Position numbers and translations under genes: made by a program. A DNA stretch of 64,000 nt from a bacterium (lineage in GTDB: Bacteria > Zhuqueibacterota > Zhuqueibacteria > Residuimicrobiales > Krinioviventaceae): the NCBI GenBank assembly GCA_963693055.1, contig OY843751.1, forward strand, positions 4,576,001 to 4,640,000. The letters run 5' to 3'. Shown piece after piece: positions 19,911-29,600 of this stretch. The notes beneath the pieces are model-generated. The model searched no databases. It was not told the DNA's origin and worked only from the letters and a program-made list of their open reading frames with translations. The first letter of the stretch is position 1, and every line of letters begins with the position of its first letter.

Positions 19911-20600
19911 TTATACATGAAACTGGTTCTGCATATTTTCTGTCACTACCTTGCCGTCGAACAAGTGCACAATACGATTACTGAATTCCGCGTACGTTGG
20001 CGAGTGGGTTACCATTACAATAGTGGTGCCTTTATCATTCAGCTCGGTGAGAATACTCATCACTTCGTCACCATGACGTGAATCGAGATTACCGGTCGGT
20101 TCATCCGCGAGGATCACTTTGGGATCTGCTACAACCGCACGCGCAACCGCCACACGCTGTTGCTGACCACCGGACAACTGCTGCGGAAAGTGGTTTTTAC
20201 GATGCATGATCTGCATGTATTCCATGGCATGCTCTACACGCTCTTTGCGCTCTTTGGCCGGGACTTTCATATACAGCAGCGGCAGTTCAATGTTCTCAAA
20301 TACTGTCAACTCATCGATCAGATTAAACGATTGAAAGATGAATCCAATATTGCCTTTCCGCAGATTGGCGCGCTGACGTTCGTTGTATTTGGCAACATTC
20401 TCACCATTGAAAAAATAATCACCATCATCAATGGTATCAATCAGCCCAATCACATTCAACAGTGTCGATTTGCCACACCCTGACGGCCCCATTATGGCCA
20501 CAAACTCGCCTTCATTGGCCTGAAAATTAATATTATTCAGCGCCGTTGTCTCAATCTCATCTGTACGATAGACTTTGTTAAGATTTGTTGTTTTGATCAT
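19911..20600 (-). CDS. ABC transporter ATP-binding protein (MacB/LolD-like)
   Basis: Walker A GPSGCGKS, signature LSGGQQQRVA, Walker B ILADEPTGNLD, switch VTH. Confidence 0.97.
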   Translation of the reverse strand: MIKTTNLNKVYRTDEIETTALNNINFQANEGEFVAIMGPSGCGKSTLLNVIGLIDTIDDGDYFFNGENVAKYNERQRANLRKGNIGFIFQSFNLIDELTVFENIELPLLYMKVPAKERKERVEHAMEYMQIMHRKNHFPQQLSGGQQQRVAVARAVVADPKVILADEPTGNLDSRHGDEVMSILTELNDKGTTIVMVTHSPTYAEFSNRIVHLFDGKVVTENMQNQFHV

Positions 20601-20662
20601 TGTTGTGTCCTTTATAAATATTTGCTACATGATTTCTATTTTAATTAAATTTATTGATTCCC

Positions 20663-20696
20663 AATAGTATTCAGTACTCAGTTTTCAGTATTCAGA
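20663..20696. repeat. Heptamer array, left arm of the filled element
   Basis: AG(T/A) at 20666, 20673, 20680, 20687, 20694 (aatagt-attcagt-actcagt-tttcagt-attcaga). Confidence 0.88.
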
Positions 20697-20705
20697 AAAA
20701 GCAGG

Positions 20706-21071
20706 TTATTCTTTTTGAGATTTTACTTTCTTGATCAAAGATGTTAACATCCGTTTTATTTCCTGAATCTGTTTTGTCAATTCGTTAAATAAATCAACAT
20801 CAATATATTCCAGGTCATTAGATAACATGATCTGATATTCCAATTCGCTGGCTGATCCCATCGCTATAAACAGAAATCGATTAAAATCAGATTTACTGCT
20901 ACGACAACACCCTTCAGCAATATTCGATGGAATTGACACTGCACATCTTCGTATTTGACTCGTTAAACCAAACATCTCTTCCTTGGGATAATTCTTTGTA
21001 ACTTTATAAATTTTCAATACCATCAAATGACTCTTTTCCCATACTACCAACTTTTTAAAATCCTGCATCAT
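20706..21071 (-). CDS. Four helix bundle protein (23S rRNA IVP / Avd-like family)
   Basis: 121 aa; FKKLVVWEKS, YPKEEMFGLTSQIRRCAVSIPSNIAEG, FLFIAMGSASELEYQ are family hallmarks; GGAGG RBS. Confidence 0.93.
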   Translation of the reverse strand: MMQDFKKLVVWEKSHLMVLKIYKVTKNYPKEEMFGLTSQIRRCAVSIPSNIAEGCCRSSKSDFNRFLFIAMGSASELEYQIMLSNDLEYIDVDLFNELTKQIQEIKRMLTSLIKKVKSQKE

Positions 21072-21090
21072 TTTCCTCCGAGTTATTTAT

Positions 21091-21172
21091 CTACTCCTGA
21101 ATCCTGACTTCTGGCTGATAGTTTTTTCTGACAACTGACAACTGACAACTGACAACTGACAACTGACAACAC
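21091..21172. repeat. Heptamer arrays, right arm of the filled element, including perfect (CTGACAA)6
   Basis: ctgaatc-ctgactt-ctg at 21097-21113 and six exact CTGACAA units at 21128-21169. Confidence 0.92.
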
Positions 21173-21226
21173 TAAAAAAAGATAATAATTATATTCAAGC
21201 ATTCCTTTTAGTTTAAATGCATATTA

Positions 21227-22477
21227 CTATTTAAGAACCAACACATCAATATCCCCAAACGTCTCATATGATGAAGTAATGACATTTTCGCCCGGCTCCA
21301 GACCTTCAAGCACTTCATAATCACGGGTGTTTTGGCGGCCAATCCGGATGTCACGCTTGCGTGCGGTGCTGCCGTCATCATCAACCACATACACCCATTG
21401 CCCGCCGGTAGAACTGTAAAATCCGCCTGTAGCCAGCAAGAGTGCTTCCGAAAGATCGCCCAGTGCCAATCGGATATGTACCGTCTGACCACGACGAATG
21501 CCTTCCGGTTCAGCTCCTACAAATTCCATATCCACTTCAAAACGCCCTTCAAGCACTTCGGGATATATTTTTTTGATTACAAGCTTGTGGTCCTTTCCCG
21601 CAAAAGTAAACTCGCCGGTCTGTCCGGGTGAAATACGTGCAATATAATGCTCATCTACCTGCACCCGGATCTTGAATCCATCCAGTACATCAATCTGCCC
21701 CAGTCGCTCCCCACGGGTCTTGGATTCCCCAATCTCGGCATTCAGGGATGTTAAATTTCCGGTAATGGGTGCGCGTAGTGTCAGATTTTCCATATTCTGC
21801 TTTACCAGATCAAGGTTATCTTCCATGCGATTTAACGATGCTTCCAGTTGCAGTACCTGCGACTCACGATACAACGAATCCTGCTTGTGCGAGGCCAGGG
21901 TAAGTTCGCGTTTTTTGGCAAGATACTCGTAATTGTCCCGCGCTTCCTCAAACTCTTTATCAGATATCAACTTTTTATCCAACAGTTCCTGTGCACGATC
22001 AAAAGCGCGCTTTTGCATTTTTAAACTGTAATCCAGTTCCAGCAGTTGGGCCTGCAGACTGAGACGTTTCTCTTCCATGCTCAAACGGGTATTACGCAGA
22101 TTATTGCTCTGTGCAAAAAGCTCCGCTTCACGATACATAATATCCATGATCAGATCCGTATTGGTAAGCTGCAATATGCTGTCGCCTTTTTGTACAAAGG
22201 TACCCGCTTCCAGAAACTTTGTCTCCACACGACCGCCTTCAATAGCATCCAGATATATGGTAGTAATTGGAATCACCGTGCCCGTCACCGGAATAAATTC
22301 CTGAAACTTGTCTTGTCTTACGGTGGATATGGTAATACGCTCGGCCTGAACATTCAGCCGCGAACTGTGATCGCTGAACAGCAATTGGTACAAAACAAAT
22401 ATAATAAATACTCCGCCCGCAGCAGTCATTGCAATTTTCTTTGGCGGCCACTTTTTCTTTTGAATTACTCGATCCAT
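21227..22477 (-). CDS. Efflux periplasmic adaptor (membrane fusion protein, MacA/HlyD family)
   Basis: N-terminal TM, lipoyl-like halves (IYLDAIEGGRVE...LRAPITG), long coiled coil, C-terminal YEVLEGLEPGENVI. Confidence 0.93.
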   Translation of the reverse strand: MDRVIQKKKWPPKKIAMTAAGGVFIIFVLYQLLFSDHSSRLNVQAERITISTVRQDKFQEFIPVTGTVIPITTIYLDAIEGGRVETKFLEAGTFVQKGDSILQLTNTDLIMDIMYREAELFAQSNNLRNTRLSMEEKRLSLQAQLLELDYSLKMQKRAFDRAQELLDKKLISDKEFEEARDNYEYLAKKRELTLASHKQDSLYRESQVLQLEASLNRMEDNLDLVKQNMENLTLRAPITGNLTSLNAEIGESKTRGERLGQIDVLDGFKIRVQVDEHYIARISPGQTGEFTFAGKDHKLVIKKIYPEVLEGRFEVDMEFVGAEPEGIRRGQTVHIRLALGDLSEALLLATGGFYSSTGGQWVYVVDDDGSTARKRDIRIGRQNTRDYEVLEGLEPGENVITSSYETFGDIDVLVLK

Positions 22478-22515
22478 TTTCTTTCCCGATATTGGTATTA
22501 TTTTTGAACGTATAA

Positions 22516-22532
22516 AGCATAAAGTGTGCCAA
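22516..22532 (-). promoter_or_regulatory. Sigma54 (-24/-12) promoter of the efflux operon
   Basis: Minus strand TTGGCACACTTTATGCT = GG-N10-GC, 39 bp upstream of the MFP start; adjacent gene is a sigma54 activator. Confidence 0.85.
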
Positions 22533-22585
22533 TACTGTTTTTATTGAACTTAGATGCGCTTTCAGGCGATCAGATTAGCCGCTTT

Positions 22586-22622
22586 TATCCGATATCAGAC
22601 AAACAGTGTCCGATATCGGACA
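22586..22622. promoter_or_regulatory. Tandem palindromic upstream activator sites
   Basis: tatccgatatcagaca (22586-22601) and perfect palindrome tgtccgatatcggaca (22607-22622), 21 bp centre to centre. Confidence 0.8.
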
Positions 22623-22720
22623 TTAAATCATTTGCAAAGAACAGGATTATTCTTATATTATCCCGTAACCCTTTGCAAATTACCAATCAAACCTAAAAAC
22701 AATATATACAAGGATTTGCA

Positions 22721-24091
22721 ATGGACCCTCTGGGTAAAATACTGGTTGTGGATGACAATAAAGACATTCTAACAGCCGCAAAACTGCTGCTCAAGCAAAA
22801 CAGCGCGCTCGTTCATATCGAAGACGATCCCGAGCGCATTCCCCAACTGCTCAAAAACGAACACTATGACATTATTCTGCTGGATATGAACTTTACCCGC
22901 GATATGACCAGCGGTTCGGAAGGATTCTATTGGCTGGAAGAGATCCACAAAATCGATCCCTCGGTTATCGTTATTCTCATGACCGCCTATGGAGATGTGG
23001 ATCTTGCCGTGCGCGCCATGAAAGCCGGCGCAACGGATTTTATTATGAAACCCTGGCAGAACGAAAAATTGCAGGCAACTCTCTCCGTAGCTATGAACCT
23101 GAGAAATTCCCGTCTGGAAATCGACAAACTCCGCTCCCGCCAGCAGCAAATGAGCGACGACATGGACCAGCGCTTCCATGAGATGATTGGCTCGTGTCCC
23201 CCCATTCAGCGTGTGTTCGACGCCATCGCCAAAGTGGCCGCAACTGATGCCAATGTGCTCATTATGGGTGAAAACGGCACAGGCAAAGAACTGGTGGCCC
23301 GCGCCCTGCACCGGCAATCCCTGCGCAATGACGATGTCTTTATCAGTGTGGATATGGGCGCCATTCCCGAAACCCTGTTCGAAAGCCAGCTGTTCGGCCA
23401 TGTCAAAGGCGCCTTTACCGATGCCCGACAGGATAAACCCGGACGTTTTGAAATTGCCTCGGGCGGCACCCTGTTCCTGGACGAGATTGGTAACCTGCCC
23501 CTCTCTATGCAAGCCAAACTACTGCGCGTGCTCGAAGAGCGCAAGATCTTGCGCGTGGGCTCCAACAAGTCCCGCGATATTGACATTCGCCTCATCTGCG
23601 CAACCAACATGCCACTTTATGAAATGACCGAGGAAAAGAGTTTCCGGCAGGACTTTCTCTACCGTATCAACACCGTAGAGATCCATCTGCCGCCCCTGCG
23701 TGACCGCCAGGAAGACATTCCCCAGTTGGTGGACCATTTTCTGCAATACTATGCGAAAAAATATAAAAAATCCATAAAACGTATCAGCACCGGCGCCATG
23801 ACCAAACTGCAAACTTATCACTGGCCCGGTAATATCCGTGAACTGCGCCACGCCCTTGAACGCGCGGTGATCATGAGCGACAGCCCCGCACTGCAGCCTG
23901 GCGATTTCATGATGCAGGAAGCCAAAGCTGGTGACGGATTCAGTCTGGATACCTACAATCTGGACGATATTGAAAAATCCGTTATTCGCAAAGTGCTTGA
24001 CCTCAGCGGAGACAATATCAGCCAGGCCGCATCCAAACTGGGCATTACCCGCTCATCACTCTATCGCAGGATGGAAAAGCATGGTCTTTAG
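22721..24091 (+). CDS. Sigma54-dependent response regulator (NtrC family)
   Basis: Receiver (ILVVDD, LLDMN), AAA+ GENGTGKE, GAFTDA (GAFTGA variant), FLDEIG, WPGNIREL, Fis-type HTH. Confidence 0.96.
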   Translation: MDPLGKILVVDDNKDILTAAKLLLKQNSALVHIEDDPERIPQLLKNEHYDIILLDMNFTRDMTSGSEGFYWLEEIHKIDPSVIVILMTAYGDVDLAVRAMKAGATDFIMKPWQNEKLQATLSVAMNLRNSRLEIDKLRSRQQQMSDDMDQRFHEMIGSCPPIQRVFDAIAKVAATDANVLIMGENGTGKELVARALHRQSLRNDDVFISVDMGAIPETLFESQLFGHVKGAFTDARQDKPGRFEIASGGTLFLDEIGNLPLSMQAKLLRVLEERKILRVGSNKSRDIDIRLICATNMPLYEMTEEKSFRQDFLYRINTVEIHLPPLRDRQEDIPQLVDHFLQYYAKKYKKSIKRISTGAMTKLQTYHWPGNIRELRHALERAVIMSDSPALQPGDFMMQEAKAGDGFSLDTYNLDDIEKSVIRKVLDLSGDNISQAASKLGITRSSLYRRMEKHGL

Positions 24092-25427
24092 GCGGTTTCG
24101 CATACTGGTGGTTTTACGGATTCTCTTTCTCACCCTCACCCTGCTTGCGCTGGTATGGACATTGCAGAATACCAACGTCATCGGAATTCCTGTCATCTTT
24201 TTACTGATTGCTATTTGGCAGGTCATAAGCCTGGTCCGGTTTGTGGATTATACCAACACCGAACTGGCCCGGTTCTTTGAGGCCATTCGTTATTCCGACT
24301 TTACCCGCAACATGACGCCGCGATTAAAAGGCGCGGGATTCCGCGAGCTCAACACCGCCCTGAACGGCGTGGTTGCACAGATCAAACAGAACCGCGAGGA
24401 AAAAGAAGAACAGTACCGCTATTTACAGACCATTGTACAGCACATCGGCATTGGCCTGATCGTGTTTGATGATACCGGTAAAGTAGACCTGGTTAACAAT
24501 GCTGCCCGGCGTATCCTCAACATGTCCAACATTCGCAGTATTGAAAAACTGAAATCCTTTGACACAGGACTCGCAGACCGTATCACCTCCCTCTCGCACG
24601 GAGAGCGGGCCATTTTAAAAATAAGGGTTAACGACGAGCTCCAGCAGATGATGATATTCGTAACCGATTTTGTCATGCGCCACCGCAATTTTCGTCTCAT
24701 CTCGTTCCAAAACATTCAGAGCGAACTGGAAGAAAAAGAGCTGGAAGCCTGGCAGAGCCTGATCCGTGTGCTCACGCACGAAATTATGAATTCCATCACC
24801 CCCATCTCGTCCCTGGCCTCTACCGCCAACTCGCTGCTCAATAACCGCGCGGAAAAAGAACCGGCAGAAACCGACGAAACCCTAACGGACGTGGGCCATG
24901 CCGTGCAGACCATTGAGAACCGCAGCAAAGGACTGTTAAACTTTGTGGAAAATTATCGCAAACTCACAAAGATCCCCAAACCCAACTATAAAATCCTGCC
25001 TATCAGTGGACTGTTCAACACCGCGCAATTGCTGTTCAAAGCCGAGATGGAATCCCGCAACATCACCTGCGAGGTAAACATTGATCCCGACCAGTTGGAA
25101 ATCACCGCTGATCCTGATCTGATCGAGCAGGTGCTCATCAACCTGGTCAAAAACGCCATCGAGGCGGTCAACAGCAGTCCCAATGGTCAACTGCGTCTCT
25201 CGGCCTATCTGGACCGCTACGGCAAGCCCTGCCTCGAGATTGCTGATAACGGCCCCGGCATTAACAAAGACGTCATTGACAATATATTCATCCCCTTTTT
25301 CACCACCAAAGCCAGTGGCTCAGGCATAGGACTCAGCCTCTCCCGCCAGATCATGCGCGTGCACGGCGGCAGCATCACCGCCCGCTCGGGAAATAGGGAA
25401 ACCGTGTTTACCTTGCGGTTTAAATAG
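24081..25427 (+). CDS. Sensor histidine kinase (NtrY-like, PAS)
   Basis: Likely start MVFRRF overlapping the regulator stop; 2 TM, LTHEIMNS H-box, NLVKNA, DNGPG, GSGIGL. Confidence 0.93.
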   Translation: MVFRRFRILVVLRILFLTLTLLALVWTLQNTNVIGIPVIFLLIAIWQVISLVRFVDYTNTELARFFEAIRYSDFTRNMTPRLKGAGFRELNTALNGVVAQIKQNREEKEEQYRYLQTIVQHIGIGLIVFDDTGKVDLVNNAARRILNMSNIRSIEKLKSFDTGLADRITSLSHGERAILKIRVNDELQQMMIFVTDFVMRHRNFRLISFQNIQSELEEKELEAWQSLIRVLTHEIMNSITPISSLASTANSLLNNRAEKEPAETDETLTDVGHAVQTIENRSKGLLNFVENYRKLTKIPKPNYKILPISGLFNTAQLLFKAEMESRNITCEVNIDPDQLEITADPDLIEQVLINLVKNAIEAVNSSPNGQLRLSAYLDRYGKPCLEIADNGPGINKDVIDNIFIPFFTTKASGSGIGLSLSRQIMRVHGGSITARSGNRETVFTLRFK

Positions 25428-25558
25428 TTTTTTCTTGCTTGTTTCTTCTGAATTGATTTTATTTAATCATACCATTTTACAATTCGATATGGGGAGTTGC
25501 TTGGGTGGAATTTTTAATAATTTTATTAATTATTTAAATCTTAAAAAGGGGATTGAAA

Positions 25559-26161
25559 ATGAGTACTCCGAAATCTTCGCTTCAAATAATTATTTTTATA
25601 CTAGTTGCATCAACTAATTTATTTTCACAAAAAACTCAAGATTTAATTAAAATCGAATCTCAACTTGATAGCCTAAACACAATAAAAAATAAAATCGAAA
25701 CTTTACTTAATTCAATTAATACTAAAATTGATGATCTTGAAAAAGAAAAGTTAAAAATACAAATTGATTCTGATACGACTAAAGGTTTTTCAATAATGTT
25801 AGTAGATAATGGTTTTCTGAAAAAAGATCCATCTATTGTTTCAGATATTTACATGAAATTACCTAAAGGGACTGAAGTGCTTGTCGTAGGTTATACTAAA
25901 AATTATTTCAAAACAAAAATAGGGAACAAAGTTGGATTTGTACATGAAATGTTCTTCCCGTTTAATGAAAATCTTAATCGAATATCAAATTATAAAGCCA
26001 AATTCCACAAGGCATCAATATCAAACACGACATACTCTGGATCAAATAATTCATCAAAAACAACAAATTCAACTTCCAAAAATAGAATCATTCATACTGG
26101 GCCTCGTGGAGGTCGATATTATATTAACTCAAAAGGTAAAAAAGTCTATATCAAAAAATAA
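25559..26161 (+). CDS. Secreted protein with coiled coil, SH3b-like domain and basic C-terminal tail
   Basis: Signal peptide; LPKGTEVLVVGY...YFKTKIGNKVGFV; tail HTGPRGGRYYINSKGKKVY. Confidence 0.7.
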   Translation: MSTPKSSLQIIIFILVASTNLFSQKTQDLIKIESQLDSLNTIKNKIETLLNSINTKIDDLEKEKLKIQIDSDTTKGFSIMLVDNGFLKKDPSIVSDIYMKLPKGTEVLVVGYTKNYFKTKIGNKVGFVHEMFFPFNENLNRISNYKAKFHKASISNTTYSGSNNSSKTTNSTSKNRIIHTGPRGGRYYINSKGKKVYIKK

Positions 26162-26202
26162 CTATATCACCAATCTGTATCCTAAAATTGAAACATAAAG
26201 TT

Positions 26203-26528
26203 TTTATCGGAATCAAGATTTTTTAGGATGAATAAAAACCCAAAATAAAGTAGCCAGTAGCCCGGGCATCTTGCCCTGGGCCTTTTGTCTGAATCAGGAA
26301 TCAACTATTCCCTTTGTGTGCTTCGTGGTTAATTGATTACCACCAAAGTACGCGCTTCACAAATGGGGGCTTTTGTCTGAATTAGAATTAAGATGTACAA
26401 GATGACAGGATTCAAAAAACGAACTGACCCAAATCAAGGTAATCATTCAATCCTGTGAATCATGGTTTATCAAGGTAATCCCTAAATCCTGTTAATCTGG
26501 GTATGAATCTGGGTCTAAATCCGGGTTA
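26203..26528. repeat. Cluster of 8-9 bp periodic GATT/AATC inverted arms
   Basis: Left arms ttgtctgaa...gat...gat (about 26284-26300 and 26371-26413); right arms with (A/T)ATC at 26432, 26441, 26449, 26458 and 26468, 26477, 26485, 26494. Confidence 0.7.
26257..26281. repeat. REP-like palindrome, copy 1
   Basis: GTAG-cccgggcatcttgccctgggc. Confidence 0.75.
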
Positions 26529-26681
26529 ATTATTTTGATTAGGGTCAAAATTTCGATTGCATATTTCCATATTAATCATTTAATTAGTACTCGCTGTAAT
26601 GGGGCGGGCCAAAAGAGAAACCTTTCTATTTTTTAACCAACAATTTCAAAATCCAAAAACTAAAGTATTGGGGAAAAAACC

Positions 26682-29600
26682 GTGAATACAATTAAAAACG
26701 TATGCCTGTACATCTTTACATTTATTTCAATAGCACTATCTCAAGACCTTCAAATTCAATGGGCAAAAACATATGATTATGGATATAGTTATAGAAATAT
26801 TATTGATTTTGCACATGATGATGGTTTTGTTTTCTCAGCTAGTTATAATAAAATTGTAAAGATTGACAAACAAGGTATTATTCAAGAGGATTGGCCGCAG
26901 GATCCAATTCCAAATGACCAAGACACAAGATATATTCAAAAGTGTAATGAAGGTTATATAATAGCAGGGAGTGACTACCAAGACGAATATGAAGACAGGA
27001 TCATGCTTAAGAAACTTGACAACCAGGGTCGGCAAGTATGGGTAAAGTTTCATTACAATTCTGGTCATGAAAATCATGGTAGATTTGTCAAACAAACATA
27101 TGACAATGGCTTCATTCTTTTTTACACTTCATTTAGTTATGCTGACCCACCGGCAAGCGGCCCACCGGACTATTGGATAATGAAAACGGATCCAAATGGG
27201 GAAAAAGAATGGGATTATGAAATTACATGTGGTGAGGACCAATATATTGAAGCAATACACCAAACATCAGACGGTGGTTTTATTGTAGCCTATAACAATG
27301 GTAATGGATATCTGCTCCGGTTAACTGCAGATGGGCAAAAAATCTGGCAAAAAAAATATAAAAATATATCTTATGCTTTACCGACAAAAGATGGTGGATA
27401 CATTATTTGTGGTAACAATTATTCAAACGATTATCCTTTACGTGATGCAGCATATTTAAAAAAATTAGATGAAAATGGAGATGAAATTTGGGAAAAAATC
27501 TTTAAAGGTGATACGAAATATGCCTTTTTAAAAAATATTAGTAAACCGGACAACAATAGCTATTTATTATGTGGTCAAATGCGATATTCTGATTGGAATT
27601 CATCCATTTCGTGGTTAATCAAAACGGATAGTTTAGGAAATAAAATATGGGAAAAAACATTAACAGAAATTGATGTCGTAAAACAAACTTTAAAAATCTC
27701 CAACAATGAATTTCTTTTATTCGGTGACAAGGATTATTACACTACAATAATAAAAATAAATGAAAACAACCAGCAAGATCCCTCAAGCTTTGCATTGCTA
27801 GACCCTGTATTTTATAAATTGGGGGTTGGCACCCAACCGTGTCTGGATTGGACCAGCATTGCCAATGCTACATCATACCTCATTGAAATATCTGAAAACA
27901 TTGACATGTCAGCCCCTGTCATCTCAAAAACAGTTTCAAATAGTTCAAATTGTATCATCGATAGTTTGTCATATTCTACACAATATTATTGGAGGGTCAA
28001 AGCCCAATTCCCGGATGGATCTGATCAATGGTCTGGTATCAGCACATTTACAACAATGCCTCCGCCACACATAGAGTTTATTGATAAAGAATACAATATG
28101 TCTTATGTGGATGTTGGCGATCAATATTACACAGACAGAGAATATACCATAAAAGAACTGCCGGAGCCATTGAAAAATTGTCTGTGGATCAAAACCCAAA
28201 ACAGCGATAAATATGTAACCGACGATGATTACATTCAATTTCAGCTAAAAAGAGATGCAACCATCTATATCGCCTATGACAATCGTGCAAGCGCTGTCCC
28301 CCATTGGTTGTCATCCGGTTTTGAACAAACTGAATATACGATTCAGAGTTCTGATGAAGAATGTACGTTTAATGTCTGGAAGGGCCGGTTCCCGGCAGGT
28401 GATGTAACATTAGGGGCAAATTCGGCAACCGGAGCAGAGGATGTGCAAACAAATTATGTTGTATTCATAGATATACCACTGCAAATGCTTGATCCCAGAG
28501 ACAACAAATCAGGGGTTGGGGAAAATTTATACTTTAGCTGGGAAGAAATTGGCAATTTCGGCAATTATGATTTACAAATAAGCGACAGTCAGGACATGTC
28601 ATCACCCTTGCATAATATTACCAATATTAATGAATCCAGATATTTATTAAAAGGATTGGACTTTAATAAAGGCTATTACTGGAGGGTCAAAGCGCACAAT
28701 CGCAACGATGTGGATGCCTGGTACCAGACACAAAAATTCCATACAATGGCTAAACCTCCGGTTTCAATTTCATTTTGGTCAAATGATTTTGCTTCATTGT
28801 CATGGCTTGAAGAAAACGATCAATACTATATTGACCGGAATGATGTTGTTCTTTCCATCCCTGATCAGTTGAAAAATTTGCTATGGATCAAAACCGCAAA
28901 TAATGATGCAGATAAGGATAATATCCGTAATACGGATATATATTTTGAAAATGATGCAACCCTCTATGTGGGTTTTGATAAAAGGGCCACTTCCCTGCCC
29001 AATTGGGTTACAGAAAATTTTAAAAATACTGGGTTAACCATAACCGTATCTGATTCAGCAAATGAATTAAACATATGGACCAGAAATGTTGATAAAGGCC
29101 ATATCGAATTGGGATCAAATATGGCAGAAGGCGCTGAAAATATTAAAAGTCATTATGTCATTTTAATAGCCCCCAACCAGATACAACCCCTTTCAGCTCA
29201 TTTTGGTTCAGATGTAACATCAGGAGTGCAACCCTTGACCGTTAATTTCTCAGACCATTCTCAAGGATTTATAACATCATGGGTATGGGATTTTGGTGAC
29301 GGCTCAACCTCCACTGAAAAGAATCCCTCTCACACCTATGAAAATGAGGGAATCTATACCGTTAGTCTGACAACAAGTAATCAAGACAGTTCTGATACCA
29401 TAACAAAAGGAAATTACATTACCGTTAAAAACCTGGTTGCAAATTTCAGTGCGGATGTGACTATGGGAAAAGCGCCGCTCACTGTGAGCTTTACCGACAG
29501 CTCGCTGGGCGAAATTGAAGCATGGTTGTGGAAATTTGGAGACGGACTCACAAGCACGTCGCAAAATCCAACGCATGTGTACACATCTGGCGACTCGTTC

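Noticed and set aside
20706-21071. Diversity-generating retroelement (Avd-like gene present)
   Set aside because: No reverse transcriptase and no TR/VR pair with adenine-specific differences in the window; the 185-bp repeat at 29745/33066 lies within two coding tails and differs at only one base
20600-21230. 23S rRNA with an intervening sequence
   Set aside because: Flanks are protein-coding genes; no rRNA sequence is recognisable
22769-23851. Long antisense ORFs (247, 134 and 110 aa)
   Set aside because: Shadow frames of the GC-rich NtrC gene with no recognisable motifs
23931-24080. N-terminal extension of the histidine kinase in the ORF track
   Set aside because: Overlaps the regulator HTH coding region; ATG 24081 gives a normal coupled start and TM segment
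26203-26528. CRISPR array
   Set aside because: Repeats are degenerate, partly inverted and lack regular unique spacers; no cas genes
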